NCBI RefSeq assembly: GCF_000179635.2
Contig: NC_014833.1
Span: 330,001-362,000, forward strand
DNA length: 32,000 bases
Reading direction: 5' to 3'
DNA from: Ruminococcus albus 7 = DSM 20455
GTDB lineage: Bacteria > Bacillota > Clostridia > Oscillospirales > Ruminococcaceae
A model generated the notes under the pieces. The model saw only the letters and a list, made by a program, of their open reading frames with translations. It had not been told where the DNA came from and ran no database searches. Of this stretch, positions 22,796-31,847 are shown piece after piece. The position numbers and the translations under genes are program-made. How positions within the stretch are numbered: the first letter of the stretch is position 1; every line of letters starts with the position of its first letter.

Positions 22796-23368
22796 TTATA
22801 TCTCCAGCCTGAGAGCCTTGCAGTTCATATCTATGAACTGTGGCTTAACAGTTTTTTTCATGGTGTCCTCAACATCGTCTATGCCGAAGGGCAGCACGCC
22901 TGTGCGTACCGATCTTCCCAGCATTATCATGTTGAGCGCTCTGGGAGAACCTACCTCTCTGCAGGCAGCTTCACCGTCGATGGTTTCTAATTCAGCAACG
23001 TTCTTTTCAAGATATTCAAGCATTTCTCTGCCTGTGTATGATGTGCCTTTCAGTGATACAGTAACAGGAACGATGGGGTGAGTATTCACGATCACCTTTC
23101 CGCCCTCTTTCAGATAAGGCAGCATACGCACTGCTTCCGCAGGTTCAAAGGCTATGATAAGATCTGCTGTTTTTTCGGGGAACATGGGGCAGTAAAGATC
23201 ATCACCCAGTCTTAAAAAGCTGAATACGCTTCCGCCCTTCTGCGCCATACCGATAGTCTCCGCGCTCATTACGGGGATATCCTTTGCCATTGCTGTAGCC
23301 GCGATAAGCTTTGAGGTCAGCACTATGCCCTGTCCGCCAACGCCGCATATAAGAATATTATTCTGCAT
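22796..23368 (-). CDS. iorB: indolepyruvate:ferredoxin oxidoreductase, beta subunit
   Basis: 190-aa ORF. MQNNILICGVGGQGIVLTSKLIA is typical of the IorB/2-oxoacid:Fd oxidoreductase gamma-like fold. It overlaps iorA by 11 nt. The SD is GGAGG. Confidence 0.85.
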   Translation of the reverse strand: MQNNILICGVGGQGIVLTSKLIAATAMAKDIPVMSAETIGMAQKGGSVFSFLRLGDDLYCPMFPEKTADLIIAFEPAEAVRMLPYLKEGGKVIVNTHPIVPVTVSLKGTSYTGREMLEYLEKNVAELETIDGEAACREVGSPRALNMIMLGRSVRTGVLPFGIDDVEDTMKKTVKPQFIDMNCKALRLEI

Positions 23369-25169
23369 TTTTGCCGCCTCCTATCGCATTAACGGGACAT
23401 ACCTGCGCACACAGACCGCAGCCGGTGCACAGACTTTCCTCTATAGCTATCTTGCCGTCCCTGAGAACGAGTCCGGGACATCCCAGAAGATTCTTGCACT
23501 TCTGGCAGTTGATACATTTCTCAGTGTCGATCACCGCAGGTCTTTCGGGCTTTATCAGCACCGCGCAGGGCGATTTGAATATTATCGCCTTAACACCCTT
23601 TTCCTCTGCAACGCGCTTTACTGTTGTAACAGCTTCATCAAGTTTCAGCGGATCAACGGTTTCTACGGTCTTTACTCCGACACCGTGAAGTACCTGTTCG
23701 ATATTGACCTTGTCAACTACCTGACCCATCATCGTTCTGCCTGTGCCGGGGTGGGGCTGATGACCTGTCATGGCAGTGGTGGAGTTATCCAGAACTACCA
23801 GCGTCATGTCAGCCTGATTGTACACTGCGTTCACAACACCTGTTATAGCAGATGCGAAAAATGTTGAGTCACCGACGAAAGCAAAACACTTTGTATCTGG
23901 TTCGATGCGTCCGATGCCCTGGGTGATGTTCACACCTGCGCCCATGCAAAGGCAGGTATCCACCATATCAAGCGGCATGGCGTTGCCGAGGGTATAACAG
24001 CCGATATCTCCGCAGAATACGCTCTTGATGCCTTTCATTGCCTGCTTTACCGCGAAGAATGATGCTCTGTGAGGACAACCCGCACAAAGTACAGGAGGTC
24101 TTACGGGCAGAGGTGGAACGTCCTCAGCTTTTGTTTCATCGGGGATATATATTCCAAGGAAAGAAGCAGCAGCGTGTTTTACGGATGTGCAGGTGTTCTC
24201 ACCTGCGGTGGGGATATTGCCTGTCTGCTTGCCGTATATCTTCGTATCAAGACCGTATTTTCCGCATACGTATATCAGTCCTCTCTCGATGACAGGGTCA
24301 AGCTCCTCTATGCAGAGGACTTCGTCAAGTCCCTCAAGAAAAGCTTTTGCAGCTTCTTCGGGAAATGGGAATGGGGTGCCGACCTTGAAAAGTGGAACTT
24401 CAACATTCAGTGCTTTCAGCGCTTCCTTGGTGTAGGTATAGCTTATTCCGTGTGTTGCGATGCCGCGTTTGCCTGTGCCGCCGATAGTGGGATTAAGTCC
24501 GCTGCCGCTGAATACTGCAGAAAGCTCAGTGTTGCGCTTTTCTATATCGCCGTGTGCCTTGAAGGAAAGTCTTGGGAATATTACCCATTTCATTGGGTCG
24601 CGTACAAATCCCTCGGGGCTGTTCTTTTTCAGCTCGCTGTCGTCCTTTACTTCAATAGATGCGTATCCGTGACAGACTCTTGTAGTCGGACGGAAAAGTA
24701 CAGGGGTGTGATACTTTTCGGAGTACTCAAAAGCGGTCTGTATCATGTCATAAGCTTCCTGCACCGATGAGGGGTCAAAGCAGGGGAGTTTTGAATAAGC
24801 CGCGAAAGTACGTGTGTCCTGTTCGGTCTGTGAGGATATGGGTCCCGGGTCATCGGCTACGAGTATAACCATGCCGCCCTTAACTCCGATGTATGCAAGG
24901 CTCATCAGCGGATCTGAAGCCACATTCAGACCCACCTGCTTCATGGTCACCATGCATCTGGCACCACTGTAAGCCGCACCTGCACCGACCTCCAGCGCAG
25001 CCTTTTCGTTTACAGACCACTCCACATACAGACTGCCGTCATTGTTTTTAGCAGCAGTTTCCAGTACCTCGGTGGATGGTGTGCCGGGGTATCCGGAGAT
25101 AACATTCAGACCCGCAGCTATCGCACCTCTCGCGATGGCTGCGTTGCCCATCAGAAATTCTTTATGCAT
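23358..25169 (-). CDS. iorA: indolepyruvate:ferredoxin oxidoreductase, alpha subunit (TPP and 2x[4Fe-4S])
   Basis: 603-aa ORF. The N-terminus reads FLMGNAAIARGAIAAGLNVISGYPGTPSTEV. The TPP region reads GDIGCYTLG..FVGDSTFF. The C-terminal ferredoxin motifs read CINCQKCKNLLGCP and CTGCGLCAQVCP. Confidence 0.92.
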   Translation of the reverse strand: MHKEFLMGNAAIARGAIAAGLNVISGYPGTPSTEVLETAAKNNDGSLYVEWSVNEKAALEVGAGAAYSGARCMVTMKQVGLNVASDPLMSLAYIGVKGGMVILVADDPGPISSQTEQDTRTFAAYSKLPCFDPSSVQEAYDMIQTAFEYSEKYHTPVLFRPTTRVCHGYASIEVKDDSELKKNSPEGFVRDPMKWVIFPRLSFKAHGDIEKRNTELSAVFSGSGLNPTIGGTGKRGIATHGISYTYTKEALKALNVEVPLFKVGTPFPFPEEAAKAFLEGLDEVLCIEELDPVIERGLIYVCGKYGLDTKIYGKQTGNIPTAGENTCTSVKHAAASFLGIYIPDETKAEDVPPLPVRPPVLCAGCPHRASFFAVKQAMKGIKSVFCGDIGCYTLGNAMPLDMVDTCLCMGAGVNITQGIGRIEPDTKCFAFVGDSTFFASAITGVVNAVYNQADMTLVVLDNSTTAMTGHQPHPGTGRTMMGQVVDKVNIEQVLHGVGVKTVETVDPLKLDEAVTTVKRVAEEKGVKAIIFKSPCAVLIKPERPAVIDTEKCINCQKCKNLLGCPGLVLRDGKIAIEESLCTGCGLCAQVCPVNAIGGGKNAE

Positions 25170-25206
25170 AAAAAACGCTCCTTTTTTATGGATATTTACC
25201 TATAGT

Positions 25207-25235
25207 ATTATATCATATTATCAGAAAAAAGTAAA
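25207..25235 (-). promoter_or_regulatory. sigma-A promoter of iorAB
   Basis: On the minus strand: -35 TTTACT (25230-25235), a 17-nt spacer, -10 TATAAT (25207-25212). The SD AAGGAG lies before the ATG at 25169. Confidence 0.55.
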
Positions 25236-25316
25236 GACGCCTATAAACGGATCACATCACATTCGGCTTCAGATTGAAAAGCGCAGTAAGAATACATCCG
25301 CCGCGCAGAAAACTTC

Positions 25317-25349
25317 AGCGGAGAACGCAAAATGCTTTCTCCGCTTTTT
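25317..25349. terminator. terminator hairpin 13 nt downstream of the pullulanase stop
   Basis: AGCGGAGAA (25317-25325) pairs with TTCTCCGCT (25337-25345). T-runs follow on both strands (TTTT on plus, GAAGTTTTC on minus). Confidence 0.65.
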
Positions 25350-25358
25350 AAAGTGCTG

Positions 25359-27323
25359 TTATATCCTTTTGAATACTGTTGCAGACAGCGGCGCACAGCG
25401 CACGTATCCCGAGCATTCTTCATCATCTGTAAAACCGAATTCGTCCAGACGCTTGTAGAATATTCCCCAGGGCAGATTGAAATATCTCTCCTCGGGGTAC
25501 GGATTGAGTGATATTACAAAGCATTCCTTTTCGCTTTCCAGTTTCCATACTATGAAATTGGCATCGCCTGTGTCAATGAACTGCAAATGCTGTTCAACGT
25601 CACCCTTGTTTGCCATACGGAAAAGTCCGCTTGATTTTCTAAGCTTTATCAGCGCCTTGTAATAGTTGAATACACAGCGGTACTTGTTCTTTTTGTTCCA
25701 TTTTATAGCATTGGTGAAATCAGGTGCATTGTAGCTGTTGCCGTTGTAAGTGTGTACCTCGTTTGGAGCGCTGCCGCTGTTGGTCTTATCGGGTTTGCTC
25801 CTCAGAAAATCCTGCCCCAGCTGGATAAATGGCATACCCTGTGATAGTATTATTATCGCAGCCGCAAGTCTGTCCATTTTTATAAGATCGGCAGAGGTGT
25901 AGTGATTGCTGCAGGATATCTTCAGCTTGTCCCATAGTGTGTGGTTGTCGTGGGCTTCGGCATAATTGACAGCCTGTGTAGGTTCAAATGCCCAGCAGGC
26001 TTCGGATGCATCATAAAGCTGATAATGTGGTACCGAGCCCGCTATACCTCTTTTGAGTATTGATGAGGTGTTTCGGTTTCCGCTTATGAATCCCAGGTCA
26101 TAGGGATTGAAAGTACCGCCCTTGACCGAATCGCGGATATTATCATTGAAAAGTCCCACTCTTCCGAATCTGTAGCTGTTCCACTTGTAAGCCAGCTTGT
26201 CAGCAGGCATGGGGGATTCGCCGCCTGTCCAGCCCTCTCCGTACATCAGCAGACCCGGGTCTATCTTGTCCAGTTCATCGCGGATGATATTCACCGTTTC
26301 AATATCATGCAGCGCCATAAGGTCAAAGCGGAATCCGTCAACCTTGTATTCCTCTGCCCAGAATTTCAGTGAATCTATCATGTATTTGCGGAACATCAGG
26401 TGATCGGATGCGGTTTCGTTTCCGCAGCCCGAACCGTTTGAGAAGGTACCGTCCCGCCTTTTGCGGTGATAGTAACCGGGGAATGCCTTTTCAAAGGAGC
26501 TGTCCTCGGTGTGGTATGTATGGTTATATACAACGTCCATGATAACGCCTATACCGTTCTTGTGGAGCGTCATTACCAGTTCCTTGAATTCGCGTATGCG
26601 GCATTTCGGGTCAGCAGGATCGGTGGAATACGAACCCTCGAGGCAGTTGTAGTTCTTGGGATCATATCCCCAGTTGTACTGAGCTTTCTCCGGGTGGGCT
26701 TCATCTACGGTAGCATAGTCTGCCACAGGCAGAAGATGTACGTGAGTTATGCCAAGCTCCTTCAAATGGTCAAGACAGGTCTCCGATTTTCCGCAGCGCG
26801 TCCTGCTGTGTGTAAGCCCCAGAAATTTTCCTCTGTGTTCAGGGCATATCCCGGAACTTTCGTCAATGGTGATATCCCTGATATGGCATTCGTATACTAT
26901 CGCCTGACAGGCATTGGCACATTTCGGCTTGGGAACATCGTCCCAGCCCTTCGGGTCTGTGGTATCGAAGTCTACTACCGCACCTCTGTTACCGTTGATA
27001 CCGCAGGCTTTTGCATAGATGTCTATTGTTTCAAGACGGTTGTTCATATACTCGAATTCGTAGGAGAATGTATAGAAAAGTCCGTCACAGCTTCGGAAAA
27101 GCTCAACGTACCATACGCCTTTGTCCAGCATCTCCATAGGCAGTGTTTCGATGCGGTTGTCACCTTCACCGTCAAGATAAAGGTTCAGGTAAACTCCTGT
27201 AGCCAGCGGTGACCAGGTCTTGAAAACAGTCCTGTCCTTGTCCTCGCCGACGATGTTTGCACCAAGGTCGTTGCCGTCATAGTAATATTTATTGTCGATA
27301 TCTGCCGCGTTGAATCTCAGCAA
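25359..27323 (-). CDS. pulA: type I pullulanase (CBM48 + GH13), no signal peptide
   Basis: 654-aa ORF. GH13/pullulanase blocks are YNWGYDP, VIMDVVYNHT, GFRFDLM, YGEGW and YAEAHDN. There is no hydrophobic N-terminus. The only start after the upstream in-frame stop is the TTG at 27321-27323, with GGTGA 5 nt upstream. Confidence 0.92.
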   Translation of the reverse strand: MLRFNAADIDNKYYYDGNDLGANIVGEDKDRTVFKTWSPLATGVYLNLYLDGEGDNRIETLPMEMLDKGVWYVELFRSCDGLFYTFSYEFEYMNNRLETIDIYAKACGINGNRGAVVDFDTTDPKGWDDVPKPKCANACQAIVYECHIRDITIDESSGICPEHRGKFLGLTHSRTRCGKSETCLDHLKELGITHVHLLPVADYATVDEAHPEKAQYNWGYDPKNYNCLEGSYSTDPADPKCRIREFKELVMTLHKNGIGVIMDVVYNHTYHTEDSSFEKAFPGYYHRKRRDGTFSNGSGCGNETASDHLMFRKYMIDSLKFWAEEYKVDGFRFDLMALHDIETVNIIRDELDKIDPGLLMYGEGWTGGESPMPADKLAYKWNSYRFGRVGLFNDNIRDSVKGGTFNPYDLGFISGNRNTSSILKRGIAGSVPHYQLYDASEACWAFEPTQAVNYAEAHDNHTLWDKLKISCSNHYTSADLIKMDRLAAAIIILSQGMPFIQLGQDFLRSKPDKTNSGSAPNEVHTYNGNSYNAPDFTNAIKWNKKNKYRCVFNYYKALIKLRKSSGLFRMANKGDVEQHLQFIDTGDANFIVWKLESEKECFVISLNPYPEERYFNLPWGIFYKRLDEFGFTDDEECSGYVRCAPLSATVFKRI

Positions 27324-27359
27324 TTATTTCACCAACTTTGTTTATGATTCATTTTTTCC

Positions 27360-27824
27360 TTACGTAAGCTTGTCAAGCTCTTCGCGGAGCTTTCGCTTCA
27401 TATCCTCAAGTTTCTCTGCATCGGGACGATTGTCGTCGCTGTACATCACATCCATTGGTATGCTCCACACAGGTCCTCTGCCATTGTTGTAGCAGTTTCC
27501 GATATCTCCCGTCCTCCGCGGGAAAAGGTGCCAGTGCAGATGAGCGTCCCCCATACCGAGAAGTTCGTAGTTCATCTTTTCAGCACCGAAAGCCTTTGCC
27601 GCCGCTTCGGCAACAAGCACCATTTCCTCCATGAATTTCGCACGCTCGGCGGTATCAAGGTGAAAAAGCTCGGTCTTGTCACCGTGGTGTTTATAAAGAA
27701 AAAGCGTGTAACCGTAAAAATACTGATGATCGCCTATGACCACATAGCCAGTTTCGAGCTCTTTTACGAGATAGGGGTTTTCGCCCTTTTTTATCATATC
27801 TATCCTGTCGCATATAAGGCACAT
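27360..27824 (-). CDS. HIT-family (histidine triad) protein
   Basis: 154-aa ORF with SD AGGAG. It has an N-terminal CxxC (MCLICDR) and the histidine triad GDAHLHWHLFPR. Confidence 0.85.
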   Translation of the reverse strand: MCLICDRIDMIKKGENPYLVKELETGYVVIGDHQYFYGYTLFLYKHHGDKTELFHLDTAERAKFMEEMVLVAEAAAKAFGAEKMNYELLGMGDAHLHWHLFPRRTGDIGNCYNNGRGPVWSIPMDVMYSDDNRPDAEKLEDMKRKLREELDKLT

Positions 27825-27874
27825 ATTTCTGCTCCTGTTAAAAATTCCATTTTATACCTATGCTCGCCGCCGCT

Positions 27875-28747
27875 TTATTTTACAGATTTCGCCAGCTGTT
27901 CACCCTGACGCACCTTTGTCTCAGCGCCCTCGCGGGTGTTTATCAGCAGGTCTTCATCAACTATTGCCGCGCCTTTTTCAAGCAGTACTACGATAGTCGA
28001 ACCGCCGAATTCAAACATACCCTTTTCTTCGCCCTGACGAACTCTGTGATTTCCCCAGGGGTGGTGGTTGGAAATTTTACCCACCATAAGTGCCCCGACT
28101 TCCATCTGTATCACATCGCCGAAGAACTCTGTTCTCAGCATACAGTAGGTTCGGGAATTCTCTTTGTATACCTCCACATGGCGGTTAGCCACGGGGTTTA
28201 CTGTATTCAGGAAGCCCTTTATCTCACGGTCATGGCTTTTGATACCGCTGAGTGGATAGATGTATCTGTGGTAGTCGTCAACGCTGAGTCTTATGATAAG
28301 AGCATATCCACCTGCGTATTTCTGTGCCAGCTTTTTGTCACGCAGCAGGCTGTCCACATTGTATACCGAGTCCTTTATAACAAAGGTATTCGATGGTGTT
28401 ATCTCATAAGCGCTCACTTTACCGTCCGAGGGTGAGACCAGTTTGTGTTCATCGGGCTCAAAGTGTCTTCTGCCGGGCTTTATCCTGCGGGTGAAGAACT
28501 CGTTGAAAGATGAATACTGCTTGTCCTCGTAATCGAACATATCTATACCGTTCTTTTCAGCGAAATTCTCAATGAACCCGCTGCTGAGTCTGCTGTTCAG
28601 CACCTTTCTGCTGACCTTTGAAAACACAGGGAGTGAAGCTATCTCCAGCACGCTTCTTCCCAGATAGCTGTCATAGGCATCATTGAGAAACCTGTCCTGA
28701 TTTGTAGTGACTTTGTACTCGTTGCCCTGTCTGTCTCTGTACCTCAT
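27875..28747 (-). CDS. psd: phosphatidylserine decarboxylase proenzyme
   Basis: 290-aa ORF with SD AAAGGAG. Family blocks are SPSDGKV, LSVDDYHRYIYP and the self-cleavage site FEFGGSTIVVL. Confidence 0.9.
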   Translation of the reverse strand: MRYRDRQGNEYKVTTNQDRFLNDAYDSYLGRSVLEIASLPVFSKVSRKVLNSRLSSGFIENFAEKNGIDMFDYEDKQYSSFNEFFTRRIKPGRRHFEPDEHKLVSPSDGKVSAYEITPSNTFVIKDSVYNVDSLLRDKKLAQKYAGGYALIIRLSVDDYHRYIYPLSGIKSHDREIKGFLNTVNPVANRHVEVYKENSRTYCMLRTEFFGDVIQMEVGALMVGKISNHHPWGNHRVRQGEEKGMFEFGGSTIVVLLEKGAAIVDEDLLINTREGAETKVRQGEQLAKSVK

Positions 28748-28763
28748 AAGTTTACGCTCCTTT

Positions 28764-30011
28764 CTAACAATTCATATAACAGTCATTAGGACCTTTTTCC
28801 TTATCAACATTTACTATTACTTCAGATGAATCCCACAGTTTATCGGAATCATATGTAACAATGATCTCTGTCTCATAAATGTCTAAACTTATCAGGGATA
28901 TACCTTCGTATTTAGCCTGCTCGGGAAGATCGTTGCCTTCTTCATCAAACGCATCAACATTCTTTGAAGCATATATCCTGCATTTTTCATTCAATTCGGC
29001 TATGTCACACACAAGCTCAGCCGCGTTTCTTATGCACTCGTTCCACTTATCGGGCTCATATTCCGCGTATATATAGATACCGATACTTTCTTCACCGGAC
29101 TTTATCTCGCCCTCGAAACGCTCTTCTGTTCTGTCGTATTTAAGCTCTCCGAAGAACTCGTCCTTTACGATGATAGGCTTGTTGTATTCGTCTACATATG
29201 CCTGAAGTTCGGGACACTGCACATTTTTATCCACAACTCTCTCAAGCCAGAATCTGTGGTATTTTTTCGTATTGTCCGTATCGACAGCATCCTTGGACTT
29301 TTGCTCACGTACACGCACACGGTACATACCGTTTCCGGTGAAGCCCTTTAGTTTGCCGCAGTAACTGCGGGCTTCCTTTCTGATGTACCAGTGGAGGTCT
29401 CCTGCCTCGGGTATGAGTACGCCTTTTTCCTCGTCATAAAAGGCTAAACAACCAACATTTACGCGGTACGTTTTAGCATTTATGCGGAACGATCCGTCCG
29501 TGTTGCATTTATCAACAGCGGCAACCAGCGTGCGGATATCATTTTCATAATATGTATTCTCTCCTACTGCGCTGTCGGGGTCGATATTGCCCATGGAGAT
29601 CTTTCTGATGAATCTGCGTCCGTAATGAGTCAGCAGCACCCACAGCACTGTCAGCATGAAAAATGCACCGAGCTCCCGACCCGATTCTTTCAGACAGTAA
29701 AGGGTAAGTATCAGCAGAAACAGACCTCCGCCGTACCAGACTATGTATAACAGCGCCTTGGGAAAATACCTTATCAGCTTCAGATATGCCACAAAGGACT
29801 CTTTGAAGTTTTCACCCTGCGCCTTACGTATCGCCGCACCTTCGAGCCCTGTGAGGATATACCCCGCCAACAGGACAAGAAATGCGAACAGCAGATCTTC
29901 GGGTCTGCCATCATTGATATAGTCTCTCACCAAAAGGATGATAAACACACCCGAGAATGTGATCGTACAGCTCATAAGAAGTATCAGTATCCCGATGATA
30001 AATGCGGTCAC
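28764..30011 (-). CDS. membrane protein of unknown function (4 N-terminal TM helices plus a roughly 270-aa soluble domain)
   Basis: 415-aa ORF with a GTG start at 30009-30011, 7 nt after GGGAGGG. Four hydrophobic helices lie in aa 1-130. I cannot assign the remainder to a family from memory. Confidence 0.7.
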   Translation of the reverse strand: MTAFIIGILILLMSCTITFSGVFIILLVRDYINDGRPEDLLFAFLVLLAGYILTGLEGAAIRKAQGENFKESFVAYLKLIRYFPKALLYIVWYGGGLFLLILTLYCLKESGRELGAFFMLTVLWVLLTHYGRRFIRKISMGNIDPDSAVGENTYYENDIRTLVAAVDKCNTDGSFRINAKTYRVNVGCLAFYDEEKGVLIPEAGDLHWYIRKEARSYCGKLKGFTGNGMYRVRVREQKSKDAVDTDNTKKYHRFWLERVVDKNVQCPELQAYVDEYNKPIIVKDEFFGELKYDRTEERFEGEIKSGEESIGIYIYAEYEPDKWNECIRNAAELVCDIAELNEKCRIYASKNVDAFDEEGNDLPEQAKYEGISLISLDIYETEIIVTYDSDKLWDSSEVIVNVDKEKGPNDCYMNC

Positions 30012-30041
30012 GGCTTTTCCCTCCCAGTGAAGTTCTAGAGA

Positions 30042-30671
30042 TCAGATGATATGGTTCATTTTCAGATAGCTGAACAGTATTATCAGCCCCAGTGTGAACA
30101 TCACCAGCAGACCTTTGTTGCTTGGCTTGTTGACCTTTATCCTCAGTACGAACAGCACCGATATCAGTACAAGGAATCCCTGAAATACATAGGGGAATAT
30201 GTACGAGGGGATATTATGTCTGCCGATATACAAAAGCGGCAGAACTATACAGACGCTTGTAACAGGCAGACCCTCGTACTCCTTGCGGTTCTCCTCCGTT
30301 TCACGCTGACGTTCCTCTTCCATAACGTTGAAGTACGCAAGCCTTATAACAGCCGCAAGTACTATCATCAGTGATGGTATCAGCCTCATGGGATAGACTG
30401 TAGGATAGTGGTATCCCAGCACAGCAGGGAAAACACCGAAGCACACGAGGTCACACAGCGAATCTATCTGTATGCCGAATACTTTTTCATGGTCTGAGCG
30501 GTTCTTCATCGAGCGTGCTATCTTGCCGTCGAATAAGTCGCATATACCCGATATTACCAGACAGAAAAATGCAACGGCATCATGTCCCTCAAATACCTGA
30601 GTTATCCCGAATACCGAGGATAACAATCCCACATAGGTGAGTATCACCGAATAATTATAAAAGCCTATCAT
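30042..30671 (-). CDS. pssA: CDP-diacylglycerol--serine O-phosphatidyltransferase
   Basis: 209-aa ORF with SD AAGGAAG. The CDP-alcohol phosphatidyltransferase motif is DGKIARSMKNRSDHEKVFGIQIDSLCDLV (DGx2ARx8+Gx3Dx3D). The protein is polytopic. Confidence 0.85.
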   Translation of the reverse strand: MIGFYNYSVILTYVGLLSSVFGITQVFEGHDAVAFFCLVISGICDLFDGKIARSMKNRSDHEKVFGIQIDSLCDLVCFGVFPAVLGYHYPTVYPMRLIPSLMIVLAAVIRLAYFNVMEEERQRETEENRKEYEGLPVTSVCIVLPLLYIGRHNIPSYIFPYVFQGFLVLISVLFVLRIKVNKPSNKGLLVMFTLGLIILFSYLKMNHII

Positions 30672-30754
30672 TTGTTATTCTTCCTTTTTCTTATCATAAA
30701 TAGTCTGTAACATCATTTTATTTATTGACGTGCCTTTTTCCATGAGCCCTGGTC

Positions 30755-31801
30755 TTAACGGTGCTCGGGCGGTATGTTCAGCTGCTTGTCCGAACGCATG
30801 ACCTTCAGGTGTGCTATGAAAGTCACAAGACCGCCTGCGATAAGTACTGCGTAAAAGGTAAGTCCTCTGCTCAGGAGAAGTGCGGGCTTTACCAGCTCAC
30901 GTCCGAATATCTTCTCAAATACCAGCAGGAAACTTCCCTCGGTAACTCCGGCAGCCCCCGGCAGCGGCAGCATCTCAACAGCTATCGCTATCATTATCTG
31001 CATCGTTACGATGTCAATAAAGCTCACACCCGAAAGTCCGTAGGATTTGTATACTATCCACGTCACCGCGAACAGGCAGAGCCTCTGCAGAAGTGTCATA
31101 AAGAATACCTTAGCAACTACCACTGCATTTTCACGCACGTACTTCGAGCCGATAACGTATGTGTCGCAGATACGGTTTATCTTATCTACCAGTTTTTCAT
31201 GGTTCTTTTCTTTTACTATCTTCCAGTCGGTAAGTTTATTCAGTATAGTTATACCGGCACGTCTTGCCCAGTCGGGTCTTGCCACGATGAATGCAAGTGC
31301 TGCTATGAATGCTATGTTCAGTACAAAGCCAAGTGTCAGCAGCCATACCAGACGGCTGCCGTGTTCAGCTACAGCACCGAAATTGAATATCAGCAGCAGT
31401 ATACCCATTATCACCAGCACTGATTTGTATGCTATCGTCACCAGCAGCATTATCAGTGTTGAAAAACCTATCTTTACTCCGTCCTTTTTCATATAGTACA
31501 TCTGTGCAGGCTGTCCGCCCGATGATGACGGGGTTATGTAGCTGAAAAAGAACCCGATGAACGAGTATTTCAGACATCTGACAAATTTTACCTTCTGTTG
31601 ACATACCCTTAGCAGGTAGTGTATGATACAGGATTCTCCTGCCACAAAGCAGAAAGCAAGACCAAGTCCTGCTATCAGCCAGCGGTGATCTGCGTTCCTG
31701 AGGTCTTTGATTATATCGGAAAATTCCTGACCTTTGAACAGCAGGCGGAACGTCAGCAGCATTATCAGTGCAATAAAGCCAACATTAAGGACATATTTCA
31801 A
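30755..31801 (-). CDS. flippase-like / LPG-synthase-TM (UPF0104) family membrane protein
   Basis: 348-aa polytopic ORF. The N-terminus LLFKGQEFSDIIKDLRNADHRWLIAGLGLAF and the block FSYITPSSSGGQPAQMYYM are typical of this family. The start is uncertain: it is a TTG at 31799-31801 with no clear SD. Confidence 0.65.
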   Translation of the reverse strand: MKYVLNVGFIALIMLLTFRLLFKGQEFSDIIKDLRNADHRWLIAGLGLAFCFVAGESCIIHYLLRVCQQKVKFVRCLKYSFIGFFFSYITPSSSGGQPAQMYYMKKDGVKIGFSTLIMLLVTIAYKSVLVIMGILLLIFNFGAVAEHGSRLVWLLTLGFVLNIAFIAALAFIVARPDWARRAGITILNKLTDWKIVKEKNHEKLVDKINRICDTYVIGSKYVRENAVVVAKVFFMTLLQRLCLFAVTWIVYKSYGLSGVSFIDIVTMQIMIAIAVEMLPLPGAAGVTEGSFLLVFEKIFGRELVKPALLLSRGLTFYAVLIAGGLVTFIAHLKVMRSDKQLNIPPEHR

Positions 31802-31847
31802 ATATTTCTTTTTAAGCCGTTTTATTGTCTTTCACCAACTTTTATAT

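Noticed and set aside
24069-24770. 233-aa plus-strand ORF inside iorA (also 23325..23867, 23371..23688, 24038..24292, 24187..24435 and 24460..24672)
   Set aside because: These are antisense to iorA and iorB, whose frames show TPP and ferredoxin motifs. They are shadow ORFs.
26466-27212. 248-aa plus-strand ORF inside the pullulanase gene
   Set aside because: It is antisense to a frame containing all the GH13/pullulanase signature blocks.
30761-31423. 220-aa plus-strand ORF (and 31047..31496) inside the flippase-like gene. Also 27860..28435 inside psd and 30051..30374 inside pssA.
   Set aside because: These are antisense to membrane-protein or enzyme genes with family motifs. Their products are Tyr/His/Gln-rich with no structure.
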